In this document: positions 6,030-7,725 of the stretch, in pieces
How the letters are laid out: each line of letters starts with the position of its first letter
Numbering within the stretch: position 1 is the stretch's first letter
NCBI GenBank assembly: GCA_043228905.1
Contig: JBHGNT010001481.1
Coordinates: 1-7,725 of the forward strand
Length of the DNA stretch: 7,725 nucleotides
Direction: 5' to 3'
Origin: Azolla caroliniana
Lineage: Eukaryota > Plantae > Polypodiophyta
The notes under the pieces: generated by a model
Database searches by the model: none
What the model was told of the DNA's origin: nothing
What the model saw: the letters and a program-made list of their open reading frames with translations, nothing else
Position numbers and translations under genes: made by a program

Positions 6030-7724
6030 ATGGATAGAGGCATGGCGAGCTCGCTTCGAACAGAGAAGCTCGACAGAACCAACTACGCGTCTTGGTCCTA
6101 CAAGATGCACCAGTACCTGCTCGGGCACGGCTACTGGAGTTATGTCGAAGGATCTAATGACGCGGCACCCGAATCGACACACAAAGACTTCCTGTCGTGG
6201 GAGCAATCGACGAGCAGGGTATTGTACTGCTTCGCGTCGTGTGTGGGTGAACAGCTATTGAGCTATGTTCGGGATGCAAAGACGCCGAAGGGTGTGTGGG
6301 AAAATCTGAAGAAGATTTTCGCCGCGAGCACCACAGCCAGCAAGCTTCAGCTCCGACAGGAGTTGAGCAACCTACGACAACGCGACTTGTCGGTGGCGGA
6401 CTATACCTCGAAGATCAAGGATATCTGTGACTCCCTCGCCTCCATAGAGGTGAACATCGAGGAGAGCGAGATGGTCCAGATCTGTCTCAGAGGTTTGGCG
6501 TCGAAGTTCGGAGCGTTCCGAACGGCTGTGTGTACTCGGGAGAATACGCCGTCCTTTTTCGACTTAGAGTCGATGCTTCTGGTAGAGGAGAACCACGCGG
6601 GTGCGTCTACAAGCACGCACACCGACAACAGAATGCCGTACACGGAGGGAGATAGGCCCCGTGGTCGTGGAGGACGAGGCGAGTCGGCACGCAATGGAGG
6701 CAGCAGACGAGATCAAGAAAGAAGGCACCAAAGTGATGCCGACAGCAACTCTGGACCCTCTGGAAATAGGGGGAGTCGAAGCGATGAGAACCGGCAAGGG
6801 AAGTCCATCGCAGAGTGCTGGTACTGTGGCAAGAAAGGCCACAAGGAAAGTGAGTGCTGGAAGAAGCGCGCCGATTCGAAGAGAACTGGTTCCGGGAACG
6901 GCTCCAGACATACCGACAAGGGAAATCAGCAGCGATCGCACTACGCCGAATACTTCGGGAGAGCCGGAGAAGGGACTGCCTTCGTGACGAGACACGAAGC
7001 AAACTCAATGAAACAGACCACCCTGAGATCGGACGAGGTGTGGTACGTAGACTCCGGCGCGTCAAACCACATGACGAGCCATAAGGAGTGGTTCTCGTAC
7101 CTTGAAAAACCGATACAACCTCGAGTAGTCGCAACAGGAGATGACACTCCGCATCTGATCGCGACTGTCGAAGAAGTTCCCCTTAGCCATGTCGGGCAGA
7201 AAGGGAAACTCATGAACGTGCTGCACGTTCCGACAATCACGAAAAACTTGGTCTCGATCGGACAGATCGTCGACCAAGGGATGGAGGTTCGGTTTACACA
7301 CCTCGGGTGCTTCATTGAGGAAGAAGGTCGTGTGATTGCGCAAGGGCACAGAGACGGGAGGATGTTCATCCTCGACTCCACTGACGGCGGCACCGCAATG
7401 TTCGCGAAGGGACAAAAGACCGAGTCTGACATCGACTTGTGGCACAAGCGGATAGGCCACGTCAACCACCAAAGACTTCAAGATCTGCAATTGAAACAAG
7501 TAGTGTTCGGATTGCCCAAATTTAGTGGCCGAAGGGCACAAATTTGTGAAGCCTGCCAGCTCGGGAAGCAACACCGACTTCCTTTCCCCAACGAGGGAAA
7601 CCGGAGCCGGAACAAGCTCGAGCTTATACATTCCGATGTGTGGGGACCGACACAAAACGTTAGTCTTGGCGGGAGCCGATATTTCGTCTCCTTCATCGAC
7701 GACCACATGCGGCACACGTGGATC
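6030..7724 (+). CDS. Copia gag-pol polyprotein of element B, 3'-partial (gag, zinc knuckle, aspartic protease, integrase N-terminus and start of core)
   Basis: Hand translation gives 565 codons without a stop from ATG 6030 (alternative ATG 6042; upstream in-frame TGA at 6006): MDRGMASSLRTEKLDRTNYASWSYKMHQYLLGHGYWSYVEG...; CWYCGKKGHKESEC 6816-6857; WYVDSGASNHMT 7041-7076; NVLHVPTITKNLVSIGQ; LWHKRIGH 7437-7460 with CEAC 7545-7556 (HHCC); LELIHSDVWGP from 7617; YFVSFIDD 7680-7703. Confidence 0.96.
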   Translation, partial: MDRGMASSLRTEKLDRTNYASWSYKMHQYLLGHGYWSYVEGSNDAAPESTHKDFLSWEQSTSRVLYCFASCVGEQLLSYVRDAKTPKGVWENLKKIFAASTTASKLQLRQELSNLRQRDLSVADYTSKIKDICDSLASIEVNIEESEMVQICLRGLASKFGAFRTAVCTRENTPSFFDLESMLLVEENHAGASTSTHTDNRMPYTEGDRPRGRGGRGESARNGGSRRDQERRHQSDADSNSGPSGNRGSRSDENRQGKSIAECWYCGKKGHKESECWKKRADSKRTGSGNGSRHTDKGNQQRSHYAEYFGRAGEGTAFVTRHEANSMKQTTLRSDEVWYVDSGASNHMTSHKEWFSYLEKPIQPRVVATGDDTPHLIATVEEVPLSHVGQKGKLMNVLHVPTITKNLVSIGQIVDQGMEVRFTHLGCFIEEEGRVIAQGHRDGRMFILDSTDGGTAMFAKGQKTESDIDLWHKRIGHVNHQRLQDLQLKQVVFGLPKFSGRRAQICEACQLGKQHRLPFPNEGNRSRNKLELIHSDVWGPTQNVSLGGSRYFVSFIDDHMRHTWI

Positions 7725-7725
7725 T

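Larger units (their letters stand above)
5574..7725 (+). mobile_element. Ty1/copia LTR retrotransposon B, 5' part, coding frame intact within the window
   Basis: LTR ending TTCTACA, then PBS TGGTATCAGAGC, then one ORF with gag, CCHC knuckle, protease and integrase directly after protease (copia order). Clearly a different family from A (different LTR and gag N-terminus). Confidence 0.95.

Noticed and set aside
6564-7717. Long minus-strand ORFs (6564..6995, 6607..7134, 6941..7465, 7062..7715) and plus-strand 6601..6987 as separate genes
   Set aside because: All overlap the motif-bearing gag-pol frame of element B. 7062..7715 is in codon register with it and stays open because TTA, CTA and TCA codons are rare; none has recognisable motifs.

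Overview
Plant-type, transposon-derived DNA. Two different Ty1/copia LTR retrotransposons sit head-to-head and point away from each other. Element A (minus strand, 1..4273, 3' end outside the window) has a 671-bp 5' LTR, a tRNA-iMet primer-binding site (PBS) and a Tnt1/Tto1 (Tork)-like gag-PR-INT-RT-RH frame broken by 5 stops and 5 frameshifts or deletions. Element B (plus strand, about 5574..7725, running off the window) has a ~384-bp palindrome-rich 5' LTR, a tRNA-iMet PBS and an uninterrupted 565-codon gag-PR-INT ORF from 6030 that the ORF track missed because it has no stop in the window. The 1.3-kb spacer between them is the least explained part: an orphan helical/acidic ORF (4274/4338..5075) with two pairs of in-frame protein repeats showing synonymous divergence, followed by a TATA-containing LTR-like segment ending in GGTGTTACA. 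It may be the 3' end and accessory ORF of a third, older element that A inserted into. No host gene, RNA gene or CRISPR array is recognisable. I see no demonstrably new system; the orphan ORF and the element-specific CCGG/TCGA enrichment are the best leads.
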